Below are positions 37,675 to 49,800 of a stretch of DNA of 64,000 nt, piece by piece. Source of the stretch: Botryllus schlosseri. Lineage: Eukaryota. The stretch is from positions 248,001 through 312,000 of the forward strand of contig CM119378.1 of the NCBI GenBank assembly GCA_051294905.1. Direction: 5' to 3'. The position numbers were made by a program, and so were the translations under genes. The notes beneath the pieces were generated by a model. That model did no database searches. It saw only the letters and a list, made by a program, of their open reading frames with translations, and was not told the DNA's origin. Each line of letters opens with the position of its first letter. Position 1 is the first letter of the stretch.

Positions 37675-38709
37675 TAGGGCTGGGCACAATGCTTATAGTA
37701 CGCGGATTTTGAATGAGTATCAATTAACTCTTTCGACGCCACGTATCCCCATATGTTCGCTAGAGATTGTCTTCAAACGCCGCGTATCCCCATATGTTCG
37801 CTAAATCGAGAGCATATTTTTGTCTCGAAAATCTGACATGCCGTTTTGCGTCCATGGCAGTCGGGGCATTGTGCGGTAATGAATTCAAAATTCAAGACTT
37901 GCTACTAAGAAACAATTTTGCTGGATTACCTGTTCGGAATAGTAACTTTATTTGATATATATTTCAACGACGGTAATGATTTTCAACAGATGCCAATACC
38001 TAAAGACATTTTACATCATTATCACCAATCTTTAGCGACACATCGCGCGTTAAGTTAATATAAGGATCTACTGAAGCCACCAAGTCAGTACTTGTACTGC
38101 GACAACACAGACTTCACACCAATATATACGTATTTATTCATGTTTTTCAAACGTAAAATTGCATCGGGAGATGACGAGGACTCAACGGAGACAAATAATG
38201 ATGTTTTTGTGCAGATCGTTGCTTGTAATAGTACACAAATGGGCTCCGTCGGTATGTTACTGCGCCTAAAAAACAAACTTGAGTACCGGTACTAGCAGAA
38301 GTCAAATTTTCGAGCCATTATTGCGGATTTGACGTCACAATGATAACCTTGAAATTGGGGTTATTTGGTGAAAATCGCGGCGTTTTGAAGACAATCGTCA
38401 AATTTAGCTCGGCGTCGAAAGAGTTGAACTGATTTAAGTGTATAGTGGTAAAAGACGATATTTCGAAGTATGAGACGCTCTTTCGCCATGAGTATCAATT
38501 TTTCAACGGGAATTGAAGTTGTGATACTTATTTCTACTGTGTTAGCATTGATTGGCCGTATTGCAGCGTACCAAACATAGTAAAAAGCTTTGAATCTTGT
38601 CAATTTACATTCTGTTATGTTGTCATAATGCGTGGTCCTAGAATACTCAACTTGAAGCATGAGTCGTGATCCATCAATGCACTATGGCACTCGATTTCGC
38701 CCAGCCCTA
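37675..38709. mobile_element. hAT-type MITE with a nested piggyBac-like MITE
   Basis: TIR tagggctgggc / gcccagcccta; TSD ctagcgat / ctagcgtt (7 of 8 match). Confidence 0.75.
37728..38423. mobile_element. piggyBac-like MITE
   Basis: TIR ctctttcgacgcc / ggcgtcgaaagag flanked by ttaa and ttga. Confidence 0.7.
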
Positions 38710-40556
38710 CTAGCGTTGGTAATCTACACAATTTAGTGAGCAGTTGTGATCGATGCATCTTGTAGGGGGTTAAATGGTGTTACGAATTGTGATCTAGAAT
38801 GTTTTTCTTTTCATTTTGTCTAAAAATATTTATGTTAGAGTGTCGTAAATGTCAAATGAAAGATCATGTTGGCTGTGCCCATTTCGTTGGGAGTTCAGAT
38901 CGGATTACAAAACATTTCTTGTAACGTCACATACAAAACATTTCTTGTAACGTCACAAGGACCATCCAAGTCTGATTTATACATGCAAGCTTGTGATAAA
39001 GACTTTTGGCAAATATTCACCATTGGTGTGACGCGCCATCTGTTAAATCTGCAAGAAGTAAGAAGCTAATCAACTGAAATGTGACCATGCAACTAAGTCT
39101 TGTTGTTTCAGTTGTGGAAAAAGTTGTCAACAAATCAAGGTCGAAACAATATATCCGATGAATCAGCCTCGATTGCTGAATCGGATACCACCTTGCCGGG
39201 AGAAGCGTCGGTTGATGAGGATTTAGATACCACCATGCCGGTAGAGCCGTCAGTCAACGACGATTTAGATACCACCGTGCCCGTAGAGCCGTCAGTCCGT
39301 TGTGATTTAGCTTCTTCTGAAGCAGCTATGCCAGTAAGTATTTGATAAAATTTTGCAATGAATTTAGCTAACCTGTCTGCCTCAGCAGTCCATACTTCCT
39401 CGAAGACGACAACTCGACAGATCTCCTTATTCTAGTACAGTGGTTCTTCAGTTCTTGACCCAAACATAGGTCGCGAAAGGTGTAATTTTGTGGCGCGACG
39501 GTACCAGAGCGGTCTTTTATTATGTATGTAATATTATATGAGGTCATTGCAACAATAAAAATATCTTCGCTTTTCACGCGATTTACTGTAGTTGGTTTGA
39601 GCATATCAGAGGTCACTGAGTTTGGTACCACGGCCAATAAGCGAGACACGCGGAGAAGTCGCCACCACAACATGACTTGATCATGAAAATGTGCCGACCT
39701 TTGTATTAAACAAATTGGTTTGATTTCATGATGAGATTTTTTTCAACATTGGTTTCTCTGGAAAACACCGTCAGAGACCTGGGACGCTTTAGTGTAGAGT
39801 TGTACAACGAGCGGTTGCCGGTTTATGAGGCCAAAACCCGTCCACGCTTGGACACATGAATATATGGCGTTGGGCCAACATACGGCTGGGCAAAGTGCGG
39901 TGCCAAAAAGTTCGGTGGCGATAATTGACCGTCGTTGGGTGGCCAAACCATTCGTTATTGATATAATTGGTCGGCACCCAAATGCATTCATTTTGGTGTG
40001 TGTTGCTTGGGTCACGAGATACCACTAAAAGTCAGATTTGGGTCGCGGTCTAAAAAGTATTAGAACCACTGTATCTAGTAGGACACCAACTCATATTTTC
40101 ATCAATTAACAGCCACCATGCAGTATCAAGCACCTCGATCCTCCGATGCCCTTGCCGGAATTCAGTGTGAAAGTTGAACTAGCGCTGAAGCAACGTACAG
40201 CTTATGAAGTCTTCAACCTCGTAGTGGAGCAGTGTGTAAATCACATCCTGAACAATGGTGACATGACCAGTAAGTCATCGTATCGAAAGTTTTGGGAAGG
40301 CACTTGTGGAAAAGTATCCGTGCTTAGGATCTACCTTACAGAACCCCCCCTTGGTAAAGTAAACTGGTCTCATTGGTCTAAATTCATTTGCACTGATCAT
40401 CTCATTTTTTTCTAGAAAAATATCAACACGAAACTGTCTCAGAAATTGAGAGCGCTCAGACTTCTCAGAAAACGTCCTGCTTCCTTTAAAAACGCTTCCG
40501 TGTCAGCAGTGTCAGGTAAATTACTAAATAGTATGTAATGTGTGTATAGAAGTACA

Positions 40557-40824
40557 TAGTTTGTACTGTGAGTATATAGAAGTAGTCCTGTGACGTGCGC
40601 CGGTCTAATTACAACGTAGTTTGTACTGTGAGTATATAGAAGTAGTCCGGTGATTTGCGCCAGTTAAATTACAACGTAGTTTGTACTGTGAGTATATAGA
40701 AGTAGTCCGGTGATTTGCGCCAGTTGAATTACAACGTAGTTTGTACTGTGATTATATAGAAGTAGTCCGGTGATGTGCGCCGGTTCAATTACAGCGTAGT
40801 TTGTACTGTGGGAATAGAAGTAGA
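40557..40824 (+). repeat. ~60-bp minisatellite, ~4.5 copies, intronic
   Basis: Unit tagtttgtactgtgagtatatagaagtagtccggtgatttgcgccagttaaattacaacg. Confidence 0.95.
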
Positions 40825-41690
40825 CCTGCATTGTTCATGGGCATAAGAGCGTTGTGGGTAGGAAATTAGACCAGACCCATTGGAGTATTGTGTCCCTACT
40901 AATATTTACACATTCAGGTGGATTCAAGTTGACTGTTAAAGAAGGGACTCGTCAGCTGCAAAAGGAATTCGACAACGAGGACTGCAACTGGCAATTGTAC
41001 GGACACCGGCGTGCTCAGCTAACGAAGAAAGGGATCCCTCAATGAAATTCTGCAAATGTTCCCTTCCTTGGGTGATATCAGACTGGTGAGTGAACGCATG
41101 TATGATTTATCATTAGGCCTCAGCGATATCGAGTGCGGGTCAGTGTATTGACTCTGAATTTAGTATTAGGGTCGAGACTAGTATTCCTGTATCACTCATT
41201 CTGATGTCACCAACATGAATGATGTGGGGTAGGAATTATGTGCCTTTTATACGGCCACAAAGAATAAAGTGCCCGTTCTTAATATAATACTCGAAAAACT
41301 CGTATTTTTCCAGGTCAGGGAAGATTTCTGGAAGTTGATCGCACCAATTGATGAGATGAGAACTAATTACACAAAAATGATGCATACATTGGATAAGATA
41401 TTCAGGGTGAATTGGGACTTGCAAAGCTATTATGATTTAGAACTGATTGATAATAACTTCTCGATTTTTTGTTTTTCAGTTCAGTGTGAATGATCAACTG
41501 AAAAATCTGCTGAAAGTACAATCGCAACTCGCCGATGGCAGAGTAAAGTGGAAGAAGACCGACGCCAGCCTGAACTCTAAGAAGAAGTCCACAGTATCTG
41601 CATTGTCAGTGGAACAGGTACTTGATTATAACTAAGTTTATATAATGATGTCAATCACTGATACATGCAGCTGACTTGTGCGGCAGTGGT

Positions 41691-41983
41691 GAACGAGATA
41701 GTGTAATGGTAATGCGTCCGGCTTCTCGATCGGTAGGTCATGGGTTTGATCCCCGGCCGGGTCTTACCAAAGACTTGAAAATTGGTATCCGCAGCTATCC
41801 TGCTAGGCGCTCAGCAATCACGAATAGCATGGAGGAGAAAACAAACGGGGGTGCGGACTAGATGACCTCGCGGCCGTATCGCAACTCCGTCGTCTAAGCA
41901 TCTCGATGGTGCAGGCGAAAAAGAATACCATATCTCTCTCTCTTAAACTGAGGGGCATGAAAGCATATGAAGGGGGGTGGAAA
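41691..41983 (+). mobile_element. tRNA-derived SINE with MetaSINE-like core
   Basis: A box tagtgtaatggt, B box gggtttgatccc, core ggtcttaccaaagacttgaaaattggta...ctgctaggcgctcagca; TSD gcagtggt (41683-90, 41984-91). Confidence 0.8.
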
Positions 41984-43421
41984 GCAGTGGTCAACAACAA
42001 AAAGTTTTCTCGCTTCTCGCCATTTACGTAAAATTCATAGTTATTGTTCTGTGTATACTCCGAATTTTGTACTTGAGAATTTTCTCATTACCAGTCATAA
42101 CGTTCCATGCAATCAACTTTTGTGACATGACGATAAGGGGGCGTGAAATTTTACACTTATTGTGTGGCGTGTCTAAATAACTTGGTGAATTACTGGTGTA
42201 GAGATGTTACCCCTGTTGTTGACAGTCGTATGCATTGTTTGAATTTTTTTAAAATATTTCAATTTCAGGCTCAAGATACTCAAATCCACTGCAAAAGATC
42301 ACAACCTCCGCATTTGATTGTCGCAAAGCACGAGAATGGGAAGATCCAGGGCTGGATTCTGGCTGATGGCCACAGAATTTCGTGTCAAGAATATGATACG
42401 GTCTTTGATATGCTGATTAATATCATGGCATGCTATTATGCCTGGGACCTATCGTATCCAAAAGATTTTCAGCTTCTGGCTTTCGTCCAGCATGTCGTAA
42501 TAGGTGACAAAAGTGCTCAATATGTGTCTACCAAATTGGCCGATTTCTTTCTAAGATTTCAACAATATGCTCCAGAATAAGACTTTCTAAGAACAGATTT
42601 CTCACTACATTCGTTTTTTGAGTAGTACTTCACAAGTACTACAAGTTCGTTACATGGTACAAATCCTGTATAAGGTCAATTTTCTCACTACATTTGTTTA
42701 GTGAGGAGTTATACTTTCAATTAAGTAGCATAATAACAAATTCTGTAATAAGTTCAAGTAATTTTTACAAGCTGGGCTTAGCATGTGGTTTATTTCCATG
42801 CGGGTAGGGCTGCGATATTCTAATTAAAAAATTCCGGCTACGATTTATGCTGCATGTCCTATTTCTTGCCTTCAATTTATTTTAGTGCAGTATGTTCATT
42901 TGCATACACGTTCATTTTTCCGTTCATAATAAAATGTCCCATGCGGGATTCAAACAGTTTGATTGTCGAGTACACCAGGTGATTTTAGCGTTATTGAGAG
43001 GACAGAACGGAGGTCGACATGTACGCCAGATTATTTAGTATTCTATATCAGGACGCAGTGAGGTATCACCTAGATCGGAAACACCTAAATACGGAAACAC
43101 CTAAATATGGAAACACCTAAATATAAAGCACAATCGACATCATCTAGGACATTTTACGTGGGATCTTTTTTGACGAAAAAAGTGTTGTCTTTTCTGATTT
43201 CAACGACATGAAAAAAATTACAGTGTGTGTCTGCTTACGACGTGTAGAACGGAAGATATAAGGAATTATAAGATTAGCGTTCATTCAGGCGAACTGAGCT
43301 ACACATTGTATTTTGCGGGAAACGTTTTTCTGTATTTAATCTGCATTTTGAACAGGTTATGCCATAAGGCAATGGGTTATATATAGCTGGTCGTATGCGT
43401 ATCGACAATCGCTATTTATAG

Positions 43422-45720
43422 CAGAGATGGAAGCGGGCCGGTTAACCGGACCCGCACCCGACAAGTTCAGCCCGAACCCGGCCCGAACCCGACGGTTGAG
43501 TTGTGAGCCCGTTTCGGCCCGAAACCAAGTTCAAATAGCAATTTTCAACTGTTGCGAGCAAATAAGCTGATATACGATACAAATTTCGAGCTTTTCAACG
43601 CTTTCAATGCTCTCACTTTGTTTTCTTTCGATAGCATATGGCAACAGAGCTTAATATATCTGAATGAGAATACGCTGAAAACAGCCCCACTGTTAACTTA
43701 GTTCCACCAAACCTTTTTGCAAAATGTGAACTGTATTGAATGGTTCAATACCAAACTAAATTAAAGAAATAAAGGAATGAAATTGGCCAAGATGAGAAAA
43801 ATAGTGTGTTCAAAATACAAGTCAACTGTCATCCATACAAAGGGCGTTGCATTCACACGTTATACAAATAATTGATTATTTCAATAGCCTAACAGTTACT
43901 GGAGACAGTCGGGTTCGTCTCTGCGACAAGGTCAGACCGCAGGATGAAAAATTTCTTTCGGATAGCGCACTTCGGAGCACTGGGCTGCAAACTGCAAACA
44001 TCTTTCTAGCCACCCTGGAGAGCGTTGGAAAGTCCCGTTCATGGTTTCTCCATTTTGGTATTCCTTATTGTACCGTTGAAGTTCCTGAAGTAAGTTTCGC
44101 TTGATACTGTCAGACGAAGCGAGGCTTGGAGCAGAATGTCTGTCAAGACCGTCGCGAAATTGGGAGAATGGATCATCAACTTCGATTGGTCGCATTTCTC
44201 TTGCTTCTGATCGAACATAGTCTTGATTTCCTGGGCTGTTGTCGGCAACCTTTTCCATGTGTTCAATTACCCATTTATCAATGTCCGAATGAGACCTCTT
44301 CATTTCTAGTAAGTGGCAGAAAATCAAATCGTTTGAAATTTGGATCGAGAAAGGTAGCTAGCCAGCCACTGATGAGCCTTCAGCGAAGATTTAAAATATA
44401 CTGTGTCCAAAAGTTGTCGAAGTTCTGTCTTCATGGCCTTGATAACGGGATGGTCATTCAGGCAAGGTTTTGCAAGTTCAAACGCCTTATAATACGCTAG
44501 CACGGCGTAGCCTATCGTTGGTTTGGAATTAAATTGCATAACATCAAATATATCGCCGAATGGTTTCATGAATTGTAAAATTTCCGCGTTCATTCTTCGA
44601 TTAACAGATGCTATATGAGCTGCATGCGGTCTCTGTGTGGTTCTGAAAGAATGTGCACCAAATCTTCATAACTTTCGTTGATGGAATATGTTCTATCAAT
44701 ATAGCCTTGCCATCTCCTAGACTCCGAGTTGACGAGCCCTTTTTCAACGACACGGGCATTGTTCCTGCACACCGGAGGCTTGATTACAATACTTTACCAG
44801 AGAAGACGCATTGGTATCGTAATTGAGCAATTCTGACTGTGAAGTGCATACCCGTGACCACATGGTTGAGAAGCAAGTGTGTAGCCTATGTGCCATATAG
44901 TCAAGGCGTGCGGACGTTTCCAACATTCCTACTCGAAAAGCAGCGACAACATTTGCCCCGTGGTCGGTAGTTGCCGTAATGTTTGAAGTATCAATAGCAT
45001 ATTCAGCGAATATAGTCTGTATAGCCCGTGAAATATTTTCAGCAGTGTGACGTTCAGTCCCAAAATGACGTACCGCCAGAACTTGATGTTTCATTTCAAA
45101 GGACTTATCCAGACGTGTACGTCTAGGTATGACGTATGCTTGTATTCGTCCGTCCACAAGTCTAACGTTACTGCGACGGCTAACTGTGGTTCAACTAAAA
45201 CCTCTGTTATCATTTCCCTTATTACTGCAGCTTTTTCCTTGCAATATAACGATATAGTTTTACGTCCATATATCACGTCTGATACATTAAAACGTCCATG
45301 CGTCGCGGACATGTTCACAAATTGCTGTAATAGCTTGATCAGGCCGTCATTTTCAACTTAATGAAAGGCATGATAGCCACGAACGCAAAACTCCAATTCA
45401 GCAGTTTTTGTGTCCAGCTTTTCAGACTCGCTTAGTCTAAGCGTTTTATTTGCAACCTGTAACATTAGCTGCTGCTTCTTTTTTCCATGAGGCCCAGGCT
45501 TGCAATGTTCGGAATGGCGCTAGATATGGGACGACCCTGTTTTTGGCAATCGTATTTTAATACTAGTTTGCAAACACAGCATGAAACTATTCCGGTCAAA
45601 ATTTCCGTTGTGACACCAATTACAGCATTGGTAGGCTGACAACGCCGTGCTACGACTTTCATTGTCCTCCAAAAGAAAACGTAAACCGTTCCGGATGTCT
45701 TTTCAATTATTTTGATAATT
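43422..45720 (-). mobile_element. Decayed autonomous hAT element (BED finger plus transposase pseudogene)
   Basis: Terminus cagagatgg with cccga/cccgg subterminal repeats at 43422; frameshifted minus-strand motifs VSCCVCKLVLKY, AVTLDLWTD, TTDHGANVVAA, AHRLH, LKAHQWLASYL, SERNFS; the other end was not found. Confidence 0.85.
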
Positions 45721-45906
45721 CATGTATCATCTGCATTATTTACTGTTAGTGTAGCCTACTGCTGCAGCCTATAACAATACTACCGCTGTTACATATAGCC
45801 TAATACAATATAAGTCAGTTTCGACCTAAAGCAATTCACCATGGACGACAAAATCACTATGGCGCATCTAAAAGCTTTCTTTAATAAATATTAACACCGC
45901 CGTAAC

Positions 45907-46100
45907 CAATGTTCCCTCTAATTTGTGACGAGTCTGCGCACACTCGCCAACTCACTGCGCAGACCCTAGGAAAACAGTGCGTAACGACTAAAAAAAAGGT
46001 CATCACCTCAGATTTTTTGTGCGCAACTTAGATCTTCTATGCGCAGAGACCATGAAAGCAGTGCGCAAGTGCGCACGTGCGCAGCTTAGAGGGAACATTA
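45907..46100. mobile_element. Short hAT-type MITE
   Basis: TIR caatgttccctctaa / ttagagggaacatta; TSD gccgtaac. Confidence 0.9.
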
Positions 46101-46864
46101 GCCGTAACACACCTATCGGTCAATCCTGCTGTGCCCCAACGGAAGCCACCGTCTCATCACCTGCTTCTAGCTGTTCAGTTCAGCATGCCTGATCCAAATT
46201 AAAAGTAAATCGGTAGTAATCCAGTCCCCAGCATGGTGATCCATCCATCCGTAATTCATGTTTTCGTCACAATGTGGCCTGAACGATGATCAACGTCTGG
46301 CGTATTTGGGATCTAGGATCCATCTCCATTCGCTGTTATGTTATTCGCTGGAAAATGTTGGATTGGCGAGGTCGATAGTAGGTTTTGAGGTTCTTCCAAG
46401 TATTTAGTAAAGATAATCTCTCGTCACTAAAGTTTTTAGCACAAGTAGAATTCCCGGATCAATGGAAGATTTGACAGCCATGTCCAGACCGTGTTTCAAT
46501 CCAATACCCGTAGATCGGCGTAACGGCCTTTGTTCAGATATGGTAATTTATTCACCGAGGTAATTAACACCATATAGCTACATGATACTACTCCACACGA
46601 CTCGTCCGGAGCCCGCGGACATCGCAAATATGACCCAAAAGTCCTTGTCCTGGAAATCTGAGCCCCACATTACAAACGCCACTCGTAAAGAAAAATTATT
46701 CGGCGCCTGAAGAAATGCCATTTTGAGTGGCGTGAGTCGCACAAGATGATGCGTTTCAACGACGCTGAAAGGTTTTGATTCTATGACAGACGAAAGGAGG
46801 TAAGAAGGTAACATAACAGAACATAAGATCGGAACCGGAGGGGCGGCATTTCTGATGCGGTTGC

Positions 46865-49800
46865 TCAAAAGATTTGTATCCTGTTGTTGTAACAGTCAGT
46901 GACCGCGATCCGTCCGTCAGACAAAACACAAACTCCCACCGGCTCACACATCTGTCCAGGCTCGGTACCGTAGCTGCCGAAACAAGTCACGAACTCTCCG
47001 TTGTTCGTGAAAATCTGAACGCGGTTGTTGTCGGCGTCGCACACGATTATGTTGCCGTGTCGGTCTGTGGCGACACCTCGCGGACGCTGTAACTGACCCT
47101 CGCCCCTTCCTTCCGACCCAAGCTGAAGAAGCTGGCGGCCGTGCGAGTCGAAGACAACAACTCTGTGGTTGTCCCAGTCACTGACAAACACCTGAGAAAG
47201 GTTAAGGGTTACGAGAGCCAAACGGAAATGACGAGCTCACTTACTCTGCCGTTTGAAGTCACCGAAAGAAAATGCGGATCTTTCAAATCGAACTTCCTCA
47301 CGAACTTTCCTTCCTCCGAGAAAACTTGGACTCGGCCGTTGCCTCTATCACAAACGTAGATCAAACCTGATTCGTCCGCCGCTACTCCGCAAGGAAGGTT
47401 CAGTTTTCCATCTTCTGAACAACAGACAACGTCACATCATCGGTCGTTGGGACGTCACACACACCTCACGTGATCCTTCGCTACCGAACGTCCGAACAAA
47501 CCTCCCTTGTTCGTCGAATATTTGAATTCGATGATTGTCACAATCCGATGCGACAATTCGTCCTCGTGACGTCATGCACACGTCAAGCACGTCATCGAAT
47601 TGACCACCCGCGCTCCCTTTGCTTCCGAAGCATCCCTTGGCTCGTCCGTTGACGTCGAAGATCTGGAAGCACGGGTGCAAGAAGGGTTCGAAAGCCGTTG
47701 CGACAAAACACGAACCTGGATCCGATGGTTGCTGGTATCTGCGATCACGAGATCGTCACAAGCCGTCGAGCAAATACCAAGCGGATAATTCATCTGCCCT
47801 GCGGCAATGCCTCTTGTCCCGAAACATCTGAGAACGGGTTTTATGATGGCATCATACCTTTGTCCGCCCATATGGTTTCTACATGTTATAATTAATTTAT
47901 ATCAAGTACAAATAGTCATAACTGCGATGATTCTTTTTTTGTCAGGCCTAAATTAATTCAAGAGTAAGTCGCATTTTGACGATGTGTGTTTGCTCTCAGT
48001 CTGCTGGATCGGCTCCCTTTCAATAGGACAAATCATTCCCGCCAAATAAGGTATGCTTGGAAAGACATAGAAAACCCCTATCAAGGCTGCGAGCAAGTTC
48101 AAGGAAGACATGTTTCAATGTTACTTTACAGCGCCCCGCCCCTGAGTAATTTTTCAATAGTCAGAGGGAATTAAATTCATTTTTACAGCGAACACAGAAG
48201 GTAAACATATACTATATGTAAAGCAGTGGTCGATTTTAACCCGTCCCCGAACTACTCAATAAAAAAAGTGGTTATGCAATTATTAAGTACGCGCAATGTT
48301 AGTGGAAGTCGTCTACCAACTTGGTCACCATAGCAAGTTCGTAGTGCAAATGAAGAAGATCTACAGCACGAATATCGTCAAAGTGGGCGATAAAGGGCGG
48401 CTTTTGATCCTACTAGATGTGCCAATTCACGATCCACCCTCGCTTTTTCATGGCTGGTCAGTGGCCACAGAGGCCACACGGGAAAGCTGAAGCCCCTACT
48501 GGCAGCATGAAGTAGTTGTAGTACTAGGCAGTTAGGGTGTGAGGTTATTTGACTATATATGCAACGACGAAGCTTGAGCTATACGTTACAACTAAAACTA
48601 TTCACTTTTTTACTTGTCCTTTATTTCGATATCGACGCAAGGCTTCTGTCACGCGCGATTCTTCCACGGCCTGTCGTTCTGAACAGAATCGTTTTGAGAA
48701 TGCGCCAAAACAGAATCGCGGGCAAACCTGATGTTCGTGGGCCACTGTCTGCTACCCCTGCGACCACGTCCGGTGTAGATTCACCTCTGAGCTGCGCATG
48801 CGCGGAGACGGCTGCGAACTTGGATATTGCGGACAGCACGGCATTTTCGTCGCGATTCTTCAACTGAGAAGGGTTTGATTCGTGTCATGTCGTTCATGTT
48901 TTTTACCGATTCACTCACTTTTATCATTTGATGAACTTTGTCCGACGAGATTTCGTTGCTCTGGATATGTTCGCGACTTTTCTGCGTCAAAGAAAGTATT
49001 TCGCTCTGGAATTGCTGAATTTCTGGATTGCTGAGTACAAGAGGTCGTTCGCAAATCTCACTTGCGACTTGACAATGAGTGGTCAAAGCCGCCATTTTTC
49101 CTTCAAGCTCTCCCTGCTCACGTTGCAATGATCTGAATAAGGGGGCGATGTCGGGCAGCTTATGGAAAATGGCTTCGCAGCAAGCAGATGTAGTAAGGAA
49201 TATGATGATATTGTTGAACAACAGCTCTCATGGCAAATTGAAATTCGAAATCTCGAAATTTTTCTTTCCGCCTGACGCAAAATATATACACCGTCGTTGA
49301 TTGCAGCATGTTTCCATGGTTCTTTACATATCATGTAAAATGAATTACGCTCACTTTTAGACCTCTTTCCCATTGTTTTTACTACAGTCAAGAAAATTGG
49401 GGGCGCTAGACCTCTAGGCCAGTGGTTCCCAACCTTTTTCGACTCATCCCCCCCATTTTCAAGCTCCACACCGATCATCGGCCCCCAAATATTGGGAACC
49501 GAAAAACAGCACTTCGTCAGCCCCCTCCCCCCGTAAAAAACGTTGGTCTGTGGCCTCATAGGGTGATAAACCAAACCCCAGACCCCCCTCAGCCAGTGGT
49601 CTTTTTGTCGCTACATATCAGCTATGTCCTATTTCATGCACTGTTTGGTGAGTCACCGTATTTCGCCTAAACGCGCGAGGCGCGATAAATTTATATAATT
49701 CATTATTGAATCGGTCAATATAGTCGATGTGGAATGTTGGAAAAGGTAGAGCCACTAAATAATAATTAAACATCTTCGGCGGAATCGTTGTTATATTGAC

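Larger units (their letters stand above)
39112..42580 (+). pseudogene. Spliced gene resembling SAMD3-like / CMC-EnSpm accessory protein, with two frameshifts
   Basis: Phase-consistent GT-AG exons 39112-39333, 40113-40353, 40416-40515, 40918-41085, 41314-41406, 41480-41617, 42269-42580; motifs GKALVEKYPCL and MACYYAWDLSYP..FQLLAFVQ; frameshifts at ~40290 and ~41035; possible first exon 37420-37504. Confidence 0.7.

Noticed and set aside
46865..47871. NHL region as a frameshifted pseudogene
   Set aside because: Every frame change coincides with a 53-55 nt GT-AG intron of compatible phase.
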